64,000 nt of DNA from Candidatus Latescibacterota bacterium (GTDB taxonomy: Bacteria > Latescibacterota > UBA2968 > UBA8231), in the NCBI GenBank assembly GCA_965221775.1, contig CBDCSU010000004.1:320001-384000 (forward strand), read 5' to 3'. Position 1 is the stretch's first letter. Each line of letters opens with the position of its first letter. Position numbers and translations under genes: made by a program. Below are positions 47,859-57,045 of this stretch, piece after piece. The notes under the pieces were generated by a model that saw only the letters and a program-made list of their open reading frames with translations, was not told where the DNA came from and searched no databases.

Positions 47859-48341
47859 TCAGGCCCCGCTGCGCACCCGGCGCCAGCCGTTGACGAGAAA
47901 GCGCAGGGCCATGCCGGCGAAGACGGCGGGGAAGACGAGCTGGGCGACCCAGGCGGGCACGCCGGGGAAGGCCTCGGCCCCGTAGGCGCGTTCATCGAGG
48001 ACGAATCGCAGGGCGATAGGGGCCAGGACCCCGCAGAGGGCGGCAGCCACCAAGTCTCCCAGGGCCGCCACTCGGGGCCGCCAGGGCGGGGGCACCAGAC
48101 GCAGGACCGCGTCGATGCGGATGTGCCGGTCCTGGCGGGTGGCGACCAGGGCCCCCAGGAAGCTCGACCAGAGAACGAGGTGGCGCAGCAGCGGGTCGGC
48201 CCAGAACCAGGTGATCTGGAACAGGTTGCGCATCAGGATCTGGGCGAAGGCGAGGCCCAGAAGACAGCCCACGAGGACGACGAGAGCGACCTCCTCGGGG
48301 CGCCGGTGGAGGGGGGAGCGCGTTGGTTCGGCGGCCTTCAT
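47859..48341 (-). CDS. TRAP transporter small permease (DctQ)
   Basis: Four TMs, QILMRN, W.D.LLRHLVLW, HIRID. Confidence 0.88.
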   Translation of the reverse strand: MKAAEPTRSPLHRRPEEVALVVLVGCLLGLAFAQILMRNLFQITWFWADPLLRHLVLWSSFLGALVATRQDRHIRIDAVLRLVPPPWRPRVAALGDLVAAALCGVLAPIALRFVLDERAYGAEAFPGVPAWVAQLVFPAVFAGMALRFLVNGWRRVRSGA

Positions 48342-49387
48342 CCTCCGTCCCGGCGCTCGCGGAAGTCGGCCAGATGCCGCAGGATCCGCTCGTACACCGG
48401 GGCCGAGAAGGCGCGTCCGACGAGCTCGGGGCGCGACTCCTCCACCAGGGACCGGAAGGAAGCGACATCCGCCTCCGTCGGGACGACGGGCTGAAGCCCC
48501 TCGGCCCGCATGATCCGCAGGGCCTCCTCGTTGTCGCCGCGGCCCCTCAGGTTGTGCTCGCCGATCCGGGCGGCTGCGACTCGGGTGAGGAGCTCCTGGT
48601 GCTCGGCGGAGAGGGCGTCGAAGTACTTCCGGTGGACCACGAAGGCGCCGAGGGTGTAGTTGATCGGCAGCTCGGTGTAGTAGCGGACCCTCGTGAACCA
48701 CTGCAGGACGATCGCCGCCGCCGGCGAGGCATAGACCACGTCCACCAGGTTGGTCTGCAGGCCGAGGAGCACATCCGGAATCGCCAGGGGAACCGAGGTG
48801 ACCCCCGCCTTCTTGAAGAGCACCTCGGTGATCGGCTCTCCCTGCAGCCTCCAGATCTTGAGACCGCGGAGGTCTCCCGTTCCGCGCACCGGGTCCTTCG
48901 ACAACAAGTGGACGAAGCCGATGTCGGCCCACCCGAGGAGCACGAATCCCTGGTCGAGGAAGAGGGCCTTGAACTCCTCCTCCGTCTGGGCGAGGACGTA
49001 GTCGATCTCGTCGTAGCCGCCGAAGAGGAAGGGCATCTCCAGGGCGAGCACCTCCCGGCACACGCGGCTGACGCCGGTACCCCCGAGGGCGGCTCCCTGC
49101 AGCTGGCCGATCCGGATCTTGCGCAGTATCACATCCTCGTCGCCCTGCACTCCCCCTGGGTAGATCCGCAACTGAAGGACATCGTCGGTGGCGGCCCTCA
49201 GGTCCGCGTCCATCTCCCGCAGCGCCCGGGCCCAGCCGCTGCCCTCGGGTGCGAGGGTTGAGATCTTCAGGACCGTGGCCGCCTCCGCCGGGCCGGGGGC
49301 CCAGAGTGCCACTGCCATCCCGGCGGCGAGGACGGCCAGACACGCCCGCGGAAAGCGAATCCGCACGGCGGCTTCAGAAGTATTCAT
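48338..49387 (-). CDS. TRAP substrate-binding protein (DctP / TatP-type)
   Basis: Signal peptide, TLAPEGSGW, YPGGVQGDE, LRKIRIGQL, LQT..VD, LQWF. Confidence 0.92.
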   Translation of the reverse strand: MNTSEAAVRIRFPRACLAVLAAGMAVALWAPGPAEAATVLKISTLAPEGSGWARALREMDADLRAATDDVLQLRIYPGGVQGDEDVILRKIRIGQLQGAALGGTGVSRVCREVLALEMPFLFGGYDEIDYVLAQTEEEFKALFLDQGFVLLGWADIGFVHLLSKDPVRGTGDLRGLKIWRLQGEPITEVLFKKAGVTSVPLAIPDVLLGLQTNLVDVVYASPAAAIVLQWFTRVRYYTELPINYTLGAFVVHRKYFDALSAEHQELLTRVAAARIGEHNLRGRGDNEEALRIMRAEGLQPVVPTEADVASFRSLVEESRPELVGRAFSAPVYERILRHLADFRERRDGG

Positions 49388-50246
49388 CGATCTCATCCAG
49401 AAGGAGTCGGGCCTGCCGCTGGGCAGCCGCGTTCTGCAGGGTGAGCTCCGGCACCGCATCGACGGGGCGGTCGAGGACCTCGCGCAGCAGCTCTTCGTAG
49501 AGCCGGCGGTCGAAGACCTGGCGGGCGTAGTAGCGGGCCTTCTGCACCAGCACGGTGAGGTCCTTCCCCCCGCTGAGCTCGAGGGCCCGGTCGAAGTGCC
49601 GGAGCGAGCGCTCCGGATCTCCGCCGAGCATGCGCGGCAGCGCCGCGTAGTAGACGCCGAGGAAGACGTGGGGGCCTCCCCCCTGAAAGCCCTCGTCGTG
49701 CTTGAGGACCCACTCCATCATGTATATGACGCGCGGAAGCTGGGCCAGTGCCGACATCGACCCCAGATTGGTGCCTACCCAGCCGCCCCAGGCACTCGCC
49801 GTCCAGAAGACCCAGGGCAGGTCGTCCTTCTTCAGGTGCCGCTCCGCCTGGGCGAACTCGCCGAAAGATGCCTCCCGCAGCCCCTTCAGCGCCGGCCTGC
49901 GCGCCTCGAGACCATCCCATCCGTAGTCTCTGGCGCGCCGGTACAGTCGGCGGGCTCTCGACGCGTCCTCAGGTTCGATCAGAACGGCATAGGCGGTGTA
50001 TCCCTCGGCCGCCGCAAGCAGAAGGTCATCGTCCTCCGGGCTGGACTCGAGGAGACCCTCGAGGAGCACCAGAAAGGTGGGTACCGCCTGCGCCACCAGC
50101 TCGACGTCGTCATGGCGGGCCGAGGCCGCCGACACGTCTTCCGTCAGGTTGCCGATGGCGGCGGACCGGAGGTATCCGCACGAGGAGACGATGGCCCAGA
50201 TGCAGAGAAAGAGGGCGCGGAGCGGGAGTCGCGCCGCCAAGCGCAT
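49374..50246 (-). CDS. TRAP-T (TPAT) TatT lipoprotein component
   Basis: Lipobox VSS-C, LEGLL.S.P, FWTASAWG, GGDPERS..HF.RA, helical repeat; directly upstream of P-Q-M. Confidence 0.85.
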   Translation of the reverse strand: MRLAARLPLRALFLCIWAIVSSCGYLRSAAIGNLTEDVSAASARHDDVELVAQAVPTFLVLLEGLLESSPEDDDLLLAAAEGYTAYAVLIEPEDASRARRLYRRARDYGWDGLEARRPALKGLREASFGEFAQAERHLKKDDLPWVFWTASAWGGWVGTNLGSMSALAQLPRVIYMMEWVLKHDEGFQGGGPHVFLGVYYAALPRMLGGDPERSLRHFDRALELSGGKDLTVLVQKARYYARQVFDRRLYEELLREVLDRPVDAVPELTLQNAAAQRQARLLLDEIDEYF

Positions 50247-50356
50247 GTTCCGATCTCTCTGGAGCGGGGAGCGGTTAAAGAGGGGGAGGGGGCCTGCGGA
50301 GTAGTCGGCCCTCCGAGCCGGGTGAGGATACAAATATCAATCGCACCGAGGGATCG

Positions 50357-51397
50357 TCAAGGAGCCGGCGCCTCCGCCCCGGCTGGTGGGTGGCCCTGCC
50401 GCACACAGCTCCACGGATCATCCGTATGGGCGCACGCGGCCAGGGCCGCCACCGCCGCCGGCAGCTCCCCCTGAAAGCGCGCGAGGACCGCCTCGAAGTC
50501 CGCCGACCGGCTGTGGTAGCGCCGGTACGACAGCAGGAGCGCGTTGTTGGGTTCCCAGTCGAGGAATCCATCGTATCTGCCGCCGAAGCCGGCGCGGGCC
50601 TGCCGGAAGTCCCTCCGGGCCTGCCGAAAGATCGCCCGACGCTTCCGGAGGACCTCGTCCTTGTCGGAAACGCTGGTGTACAGGCTGTCCAGGCGCGACG
50701 CCACGCCTTGGACGAACCCGGTGAAACGGTCCGCCTGCCTCCGCCGCCGCAGCGCTCGACGGACCTGGGCCGAATTCGATCCGTGCCGCTCGGTCAGGTA
50801 CTTCAACGCTCCCGCACGTCCGACGAAGGTGGCCGCGCTCTCGTTGTAGTCCGCGTGCCCCTCGGCGTAGATGTCGGAGTGGGTCAACTCGTGCAGGATC
50901 AACTCCGCCAGGCGGTCCTCGGAGTATCCCGCCATGGTGCTCAGCACCGGATCCTCGAGGTAGCCGAGGGTGCTGTAGGCGGACACGGGCCGAAAGATGG
51001 CGTCATACCCCTCGGCGCGCAGCCGGTCTCGTTCGGCCCGGGCGAGGCCCCCGTCGAAGTAGCCCTTGTACGGCAGCTCGCCCACGATCGGAAACCACCA
51101 CAGGAACGGCTCGAACCGGTGGGGCGGAGAGGCGGAGACGTTCCAGGCCACGGGGCCGCCCCCCGTGTCGAAGTAGCGCGTGTATCCCCTGGAGGCGGTC
51201 AGTCCGACGCGCTCGCGGCCGAAACGGCGCACCTCCTCCACGCGCTCGAGAACCTCCAGAACCTCGAGTGGAGTCGAAGGCTCGCCCATGAGTTCGTCGA
51301 CCGCCTGGCTGTAGAGCAGGATGCGTCCCTGGCCGTGGGCGAGGTGCGCGTAGTACTCGAGCTCGCCGCAGGCCGCCAGCAGCGGCACCAAGGTCAT
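50357..51397 (-). CDS. Predicted zinc aminopeptidase lipoprotein (DUF2265-like)
   Basis: Lipobox LAA-C, WWFPIVG..PYKGYF, AYSTLG...DP, HELTH, NESAA.FV, NNA. Confidence 0.85.
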   Translation of the reverse strand: MTLVPLLAACGELEYYAHLAHGQGRILLYSQAVDELMGEPSTPLEVLEVLERVEEVRRFGRERVGLTASRGYTRYFDTGGGPVAWNVSASPPHRFEPFLWWFPIVGELPYKGYFDGGLARAERDRLRAEGYDAIFRPVSAYSTLGYLEDPVLSTMAGYSEDRLAELILHELTHSDIYAEGHADYNESAATFVGRAGALKYLTERHGSNSAQVRRALRRRRQADRFTGFVQGVASRLDSLYTSVSDKDEVLRKRRAIFRQARRDFRQARAGFGGRYDGFLDWEPNNALLLSYRRYHSRSADFEAVLARFQGELPAAVAALAACAHTDDPWSCVRQGHPPAGAEAPAP

Positions 51398-51585
51398 GAT
51401 GGCGATCCTTGAGACGACGAAGCGGGAAGGTGGGGAACGCCCCCCGAGGCTCGGCTCTTGCGATTGGCCCGGACCGGTGGGGAAGCGGTACGGCCTGCCC
51501 GAGCCGTGTGGCGGCGCAAGGGAAGGGGATGAGGAGTCCTTGCGTGGACGGCCTCCTCCGCGCGAGGCTGTGCCGCCCGGCAGCA

Positions 51586-52338
51586 CTACAGCCGTGTCCG
51601 AGCCTCCTCGAGCCCCCGCTGGGCGACTACTGACCGAGGATTGACGCGGAGGGCCTTTTCGTACTGGGCCGCCGCCTCCGGCCAGCTCGACTCCTCCGCG
51701 AACAGGGCGCCGAGACCGAGGTAGGCGTCGATGGCGTTGATGTTGTTCTCGATGGCGCGCTCGAAGGCCTGGCGCGCGCCATGGGCGTCACCGGCCTTGG
51801 CCAGAGCCTTGCCGAGAAGGATGAAACTCTCCGAGTAGCCTGGGTTGGCGGCTGCGGCGCGCTCGAAGCAGGCGATGGCACTGTCCAGACGGCCTTCCGC
51901 CTGGGCCATCTCTCCAAGGCGGAGGAGAGCCAGGGGATGATCCGGCAGGGCATTGAGGGCCAGGTCGAAGGCGGGCCGGGCGCGGTCTGGCCGATCCTGG
52001 GCAAGCCACTCGATGCCGCTGTTGTAGTGGATGGAGAACAGCCGCCCCCGGTACTGGCGGGCGAGCCGGGACAGCCCCTTCGCCTCGTAGACGCCGGCCA
52101 GCCCGTCGAGGGCCTCGACGCTCGAGCTGTCCTGGCGCAGGGCTCGCCGGAAGCCCTCGGTGGCCCGTTCGAGCCTGCCTTCGGACTGCTGGTGCCGTGC
52201 CCAGGCGAGCAACTCGGAGGTACCGGCCTCGGCCGGCACCTCCTCAGGTGGACCGCAGGACGCTGAAAGGCAGCAGAAGACGAGGGGGAGGAAGCCGCTC
52301 AGGCGACGGACCCGGGGATTCCTTCGGAGAGATATCAC
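51586..52338 (-). CDS. Tetratricopeptide repeat protein (probable lipoprotein)
   Basis: Repeated A...F.RA..NP / AYLGLG TPR units; LSAS-C. Confidence 0.85.
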   Translation of the reverse strand: MISLRRNPRVRRLSGFLPLVFCCLSASCGPPEEVPAEAGTSELLAWARHQQSEGRLERATEGFRRALRQDSSSVEALDGLAGVYEAKGLSRLARQYRGRLFSIHYNSGIEWLAQDRPDRARPAFDLALNALPDHPLALLRLGEMAQAEGRLDSAIACFERAAAANPGYSESFILLGKALAKAGDAHGARQAFERAIENNINAIDAYLGLGALFAEESSWPEAAAQYEKALRVNPRSVVAQRGLEEARTRL

Positions 52339-52826
52339 CGCTCAGGAGGGATCACGATCTTGCCGTCGTAAATGACTTCGCCATTGCGGTCCAGGATCCG
52401 GCCATCCTCGGTGAACTCGTACTTCATCGCCTGGCCCAGGGTGAGGTGCCGCCTCACTTCGTCCAAGTCCCCGTATTTCTCTATGAGTTTCTCGATGGGC
52501 CCCTCGAACTCGGTGGCGTGGTACTTGGGCCGGTCTCTGTCACGCGCCTTCCGTTCCTCCGTGGTCATGATCGGCAGGCGTTCGGCGGCCGGCGAGGTGC
52601 GGCCACCCATGGCCTGCCGGCGGCGGTACTGCTCGTGCCGCTTCTCGGACTCGGAGAGCATCTCCTCCGGCACCGCGCCCAGTCCCGCCCCGCGCTCGAC
52701 GGAGGCGCTCTCCTGCTGGCGCTGCTGCGCCTCCTCGGACTCGCGGGCGAATCTCTCCTCACGCTCCTGATCCAGATCGATATCGGTGCCGAGCTTGCGC
52801 AGCACGTTCTTCGCCGCTCTGTTCAT
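52335..52826 (-). CDS. Hypothetical charged cytoplasmic protein
   Basis: Good codon bias, RBS GGAG, GTGA overlap with TPR gene. Confidence 0.7.
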   Translation of the reverse strand: MNRAAKNVLRKLGTDIDLDQEREERFARESEEAQQRQQESASVERGAGLGAVPEEMLSESEKRHEQYRRRQAMGGRTSPAAERLPIMTTEERKARDRDRPKYHATEFEGPIEKLIEKYGDLDEVRRHLTLGQAMKYEFTEDGRILDRNGEVIYDGKIVIPPER

Positions 52827-52993
52827 CGCTCTCCGTTCTCCGTGGACGGGTGATCATCCCCTCCGGGAATATAGGTTCAGGTCCGTACCTCAGAAAGACG
52901 GCCCAGTGGACATGGCCCCACGGGCACCGCTAATTTACGCACACAAAAACGGTCCGGATTCGGGCAGCCAGGCTTCGACACGGCGGGGTTTGA

Positions 52994-54013
52994 ATGGCGT
53001 TCTTCTCCCGGTTCTTCTCAAACGACATCGGTATCGACCTTGGCACGGCCAACACCCTGATTTACGTGAAGGGCGAGGGGATCGTGCTCAACGAGCCTTC
53101 CATCGTGGCTCGCCAGGTGATGACCAAGAAAGTCATCGCCGTGGGCCACGAAGCGAAGGAGATGATGGGCCGCGAGAACTCGGAAATCGAGACGATCCGG
53201 CCTCTCAAGGACGGCGTCATCGCCGATTTCGAGGTCACCGAGGAGATGATCCGCGCCTTCATCCGAATGGGAATGAGGAACCGGCTGTTCGTCCGGCCCC
53301 GGATCGTCGTCTCCGTGCCTTCCGGCAGCACCGAGGTCGAGAGACGCGCCGTCCGCAATTCCTGCGAACGCGTCGGCGCCCGGGAGGTTCACTTGGTGAG
53401 CGAGCCCATGGCGGCTGCCATCGGCATCGGACTGCCCGTGGAGCAGGCCGTTGGATCGATGGTCATCGATGTCGGCGGCGGGACGACCGAAATCGCGGTC
53501 ATCGCCCTGTCGGGAGTCGTCGCCGCCGAGTCGATCCGGGTCGCCGGCGACGAGATGGACCGGTCGATCGTCGAATGGGTCCGAAAGAAGTACAACCTCC
53601 TCATCGGCCCCCGGTATGCCGAGCAACTGAAGTTCGAGATCGGCTGCGCCATGCCGCTCGATCCCGAGGAGGAGGCGACCGTCCGGGGCCGGGATCTCGT
53701 GGAGGCGATCCCGAAGATCCAGATCGTCGACTCGCGGGAGATCCGCGAAGCCCTGGCCGATCCCGTATCCCAGATCGTCGCCGGGGTCCGCCGAGGGCTG
53801 GAACGCACGCCCCCCGAACTGGCGGCCGACATTCTCGATCGGGGCATGGTCCTGTCGGGCGGCGGCAGCAAGCTGCGCGGCCTGCGGGAGCGTTTGATCG
53901 AAGCCACCAGCCTGCCCACCTACCTCGACGACGAAGATCCGCTGTCGGCCGTGGTGCGCGGAAACGCCCGAGTCCTCGACGAATTCGAGCGGTATCAGAA
54001 GGTCCTCTACTGA
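52994..54013 (+). CDS. mreB: Rod shape-determining protein MreB
   Basis: IDLGTANT, RPLKDGVIADF, EPMAAAIG, DVGGGTTE, TPPELAADI. Confidence 0.97.
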   Translation: MAFFSRFFSNDIGIDLGTANTLIYVKGEGIVLNEPSIVARQVMTKKVIAVGHEAKEMMGRENSEIETIRPLKDGVIADFEVTEEMIRAFIRMGMRNRLFVRPRIVVSVPSGSTEVERRAVRNSCERVGAREVHLVSEPMAAAIGIGLPVEQAVGSMVIDVGGGTTEIAVIALSGVVAAESIRVAGDEMDRSIVEWVRKKYNLLIGPRYAEQLKFEIGCAMPLDPEEEATVRGRDLVEAIPKIQIVDSREIREALADPVSQIVAGVRRGLERTPPELAADILDRGMVLSGGGSKLRGLRERLIEATSLPTYLDDEDPLSAVVRGNARVLDEFERYQKVLY

Positions 54014-54022
54014 GCGTCGTTC

Positions 54023-54805
54023 GTGCTCCAGCGCCGTCGTGAGTACCTCTGTCTCGGCCTGGTGGTGCTGGCGGCCCTGATGTTGCTGGCTACGCCTTCC
54101 GCCCAACAGGAGAGTCTCGCCCGCAGGCTGCGCACGGTGTCCTGGCAAACGGGACAGTGGATGTTCTCCCGGGTGATCAGCTTCGCCCGGAATCAGGAGC
54201 ATTCGAGGCACCTCCTCACGCAGAATGTGCAGCTCGCCCTGGAGAACATGCGCCTGCGCGAATCGGCCGAGGAAACCCTGCGTCTGCGGACGGCCCTGGA
54301 GTTCCGGGAGCGCAGCCGGATGGGGGACCTGACTCCCGCCGAGGTGATCGGCCGGGATCCCGACCAGGGGTTCGGGATCCTGTTGGTCAACGGCGGCAGG
54401 GACCTGGGCCTGCAAGAGAACTGGCCGGTGGTCACTACGGAGGGACTTGTCGGCCATCTCCAGCAGGTCGATGCCCACAGTTCCGTGGTGCGCCTGATCC
54501 TCGATGCGAGAGTCGCCGCTCTGGTCCACGGCAGCCGGGCTCAGGGCATCGTCTCCCCTCTCAAGGACAACCTCTTCGAGCTCAGCTACGTGGAAGCGAG
54601 CAAGGAGGTGTCGCCAGGCGATCGAGTCGTGTCGTCCGGCATGGGCGGGCGGTACCCGAAGGGGATCACCATCGGTCACGTCACCCAGGTCAGCAGGCGA
54701 GTGGACAACCCGCTCTTCAAGCAGATCGTTCTGCAGTCGGATGTCGATTTCCGGGGTCTGGAGGAGGTGTTCATTCTCCGTCCTTCAGGCGGCGAGAGCC
54801 GTTGA
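54023..54805 (+). CDS. mreC: Rod shape-determining protein MreC
   Basis: N-terminal TM, coiled coil, AEVIGRDP, GLVG, GD.VVSSG.GG.YPKG, LEEVFI. Confidence 0.93.
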   Translation: MLQRRREYLCLGLVVLAALMLLATPSAQQESLARRLRTVSWQTGQWMFSRVISFARNQEHSRHLLTQNVQLALENMRLRESAEETLRLRTALEFRERSRMGDLTPAEVIGRDPDQGFGILLVNGGRDLGLQENWPVVTTEGLVGHLQQVDAHSSVVRLILDARVAALVHGSRAQGIVSPLKDNLFELSYVEASKEVSPGDRVVSSGMGGRYPKGITIGHVTQVSRRVDNPLFKQIVLQSDVDFRGLEEVFILRPSGGESR

Positions 54806-54830
54806 CAACCCCCTGGGCGGTAGTTATTAT
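54802..54830 (+). promoter_or_regulatory. Near-consensus sigma-70 promoter for HU-bS22-tRNA operon
   Basis: TTGACA-17 bp-TATTAT. Confidence 0.8.
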
Positions 54831-54962
54831 GGCAGGGCCGTCAAGTGCGCGTAAGCGTCTGGCGCACAAGCGGAAGCGCCGAGCCGACCCGGCCCGGAAG
54901 GGCGCTCGACCGACAGGGTGCAGCGGGCCGGGGCATCGACCGTGAACGAGAGGGGGGCGGCC

Positions 54963-55295
54963 TTGACCAAGGCTGACATCGTCCGCCGAATCGCCCAAGG
55001 CACGGGGCTCACGAAGACCGACACGGGTGCAGTCGTCGACGGCTTCATCGAAGCCGTGGTGGAGGCTCTCCAAAAGGGCGAGCACATCGAGATCCGAGGG
55101 TTCGGCACCTTCAAGTCGGTCAGCCGGGCCCCCCGGACGGGGCGCAATCCGCGAACCGGCGCCGAGGTCCGGATCTCTCGCCGCAAGGCCCCAGTATTCA
55201 AACCATCCAAGGAACTGCGCGCTCGAGTCGGAGCCGAGGGCAATCCAGAAGGAGCGGAAAAGGATGCCGTGTGGAAGGAAGAGAAAGCGGCATAA
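54963..55295 (+). CDS. HU/IHF family DNA-binding protein
   Basis: TKADIV, IEIRGFGTF, RTGRNPRTG, PVFKPSKEL; TTG start inferred. Confidence 0.93.
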   Translation: MTKADIVRRIAQGTGLTKTDTGAVVDGFIEAVVEALQKGEHIEIRGFGTFKSVSRAPRTGRNPRTGAEVRISRRKAPVFKPSKELRARVGAEGNPEGAEKDAVWKEEKAA

Positions 55296-55359
55296 GATCA
55301 ACACCCACAAGCGCAAGAAGCGCCTGCGCAAGAACCGTCACAAGAAGCGCGACCTCTAG
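55264..55359 (+). CDS. Small basic ribosomal protein bS22 (AURKAIP1/COX24-like), 31 aa
   Basis: MPCGRKRKRHKINTHKRKKRLRKNRHKKRDL resembles the Bacteroidota-type bS22 pattern. Confidence 0.85.
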   Translation: MPCGRKRKRHKINTHKRKKRLRKNRHKKRDL

Positions 55360-55412
55360 GTCCAGTTCGCGCGTGGCGCGACGGTCACGGACCGTCGCGC
55401 GCAGCAAGGCGT

Positions 55413-55489
55413 GAGCTATTAGCTCAGCTGGATAGAGCGCTTGCCTCCGGAGCAAGAGGTCACAGGTTCGAATCCTGTATAGCTCACCA
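55413..55489 (+). tRNA. tRNA-Arg (CCG)
   Basis: GAGCTAT/ATAGCTC acceptor stem, CTTGC-CTCCGGA-GCAAG arm, GGTTCGAATCC, CCA. Confidence 0.95.
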
Positions 55490-55497
55490 TCGCCGGT

Positions 55498-55574
<77 letters not shown>

Positions 55575-55677
55575 TTTTTCGCACGTCCGGCGGGCCTCGG
55601 GGACTCTCAGGAGTCTCCGGGGGCCCCCACGAAGCCGCAGTGGGCCTCCGGCCCGATGTTGGCCCATGCCCTCGCGT

Positions 55678-55755
55678 CGGGGTGTAGCGCAGTCCGGTTA
55701 GCGCACCTGCTTCGGGAGCAGGGGGTCGGCGGTTCGAATCCGCCCACCCCGACCA
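55678..55755 (+). tRNA. tRNA-Pro (CGG)
   Basis: CGGGGTG/CACCCCG acceptor stem, CCTGC-TTCGGGA-GCAGG arm, CCA. Confidence 0.95.
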
Positions 55756-55773
55756 TCCCTTCACGGATCCACT

Positions 55774-55815
55774 GATCGGCCCCCGGAAGCGGACCTCCGG
55801 GGGCCGATCCTCTTT
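55774..55815 (+). terminator. Hairpin after tRNA cluster (probable terminator)
   Basis: GATCGGCCCCCGGA...TCCGGGGGCCGATC 14-bp stem followed by CTCTTT. Confidence 0.6.
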
Positions 55816-55826
55816 GCCCTCACCCC

Positions 55827-56780
55827 ATGGCCTACCCGATACCGAGCGTCGTCATCGTCGGCCCCACCGCCGTGGGCAAGACGGAGCTGGCCCTCGGCTT
55901 GGCGGAGTCCATGGAAGGGGAGATCGTCTCCATCGACTCTCGCCAGGTCTACCGGGAGCTGAACATCGGAACCGCCAAGCCGAGCGCCCGACAGCGCCGG
56001 CGGGTCCGCCATCACATGATCGACCTCATCGAGCCCGGCCAGACCTTCAGCGCGGGACGTTTCGGCGCCGCCGCGAGAGAGACGGTCGAGAGTCTCGAGG
56101 CCCGCGGCCGCACGGCGCTTCTGGTGGGTGGGTCGGGACTGTACCTGACCGCCGCCATCGATGGTCTGTTCGATGCGCCGCAGCCGGACCCCGCCCTTCG
56201 GGAGAGAGTGGCCGTCCGCCTGCGGGAGCAGGGAACCGCCGCCTTGTACGACGACTTGCGGCGCCAGGATCCGGCGGCCGCCAGCGAGATCGAGCCCGGC
56301 GATGGAGTCCGCATACTCCGGGCGCTCGAGCTGACCCTGACCGACGGCCGCCAGCGGGCGGAGAGGTGGGAGACGGATGGCGGCCGCGGCTTGAGAGCCT
56401 TGCCGATGATGATCTGTCTCACCCGGCCCCGGGACAGCCTCTACCGGCGGATCGACAGGAGGACCGTGGAGATGTTCGAAGCCGGGTGGCCGCTGGAGGT
56501 GGAGAGATTGCTGGAAGAAGGCATGGACCCGGGCGCTCCCGGACTGCAGAGCCTGGGCTATGCCGAGATCCTGGAGTACCTGGCCGGCCGCCTTCCGAAG
56601 GACCTGGCGATCGAAGCCATTCAGCGTCGGACGCGGCGGTTCTCCAAGCGCCAGATGACCTGGTTCCGGCGCGATCGACGCCTCCGCTGGCTCGACCTGG
56701 ATCGGGTGGGCTCCAGGGGAGCAAGGGATCGGATTCTGCGCCAATGGACAGCCAGCAAACCACCTCCTGATGACAATTGA
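55827..56780 (+). CDS. miaA: tRNA (adenosine(37)-N6)-dimethylallyltransferase
   Basis: GPTAVGKT, DSRQVY..LNIGTAKP, HHMID, VGGSGLY, RALE, KRQMTWFR. Confidence 0.96.
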   Translation: MAYPIPSVVIVGPTAVGKTELALGLAESMEGEIVSIDSRQVYRELNIGTAKPSARQRRRVRHHMIDLIEPGQTFSAGRFGAAARETVESLEARGRTALLVGGSGLYLTAAIDGLFDAPQPDPALRERVAVRLREQGTAALYDDLRRQDPAAASEIEPGDGVRILRALELTLTDGRQRAERWETDGGRGLRALPMMICLTRPRDSLYRRIDRRTVEMFEAGWPLEVERLLEEGMDPGAPGLQSLGYAEILEYLAGRLPKDLAIEAIQRRTRRFSKRQMTWFRRDRRLRWLDLDRVGSRGARDRILRQWTASKPPPDDN

Positions 56781-56805
56781 CCCTGGCACTTAGCCCGGTT
56801 ATCTT
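56777..56805 (+). promoter_or_regulatory. Sigma-70-type promoter for tRNA-Gly
   Basis: TTGACC-17 bp-TATCTT. Confidence 0.65.
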
Positions 56806-56838
56806 ACTGCCCACCTCAAGTGCGGAAAGAGGACCGGA

Positions 56839-56913
56839 GCGGGAGTAGTTCAGGGGTAGAACGCAAGCTTCCCAAGCTTGATGTCGCGGGTTCGACTCCC
56901 GTCTCCCGCTCCA
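56839..56913 (+). tRNA. tRNA-Gly (CCC)
   Basis: GCGGGAG/CTCCCGC acceptor stem, CAAGC-TTCCCAA-GCTTG arm, CCA. Confidence 0.95.
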
Positions 56914-57045
56914 ATTCCTCTCCATCCTTCCGGCAGATCCCGTGAACGGCCCACAGCGGCCTCCCGGCTACAAGAACCTGCTCCCGAACGTCCTCCCGCC
57001 TGAACGAGAGTCTCAAGGGCCTTTCCGTGGGCATCGGAGGGTTGA

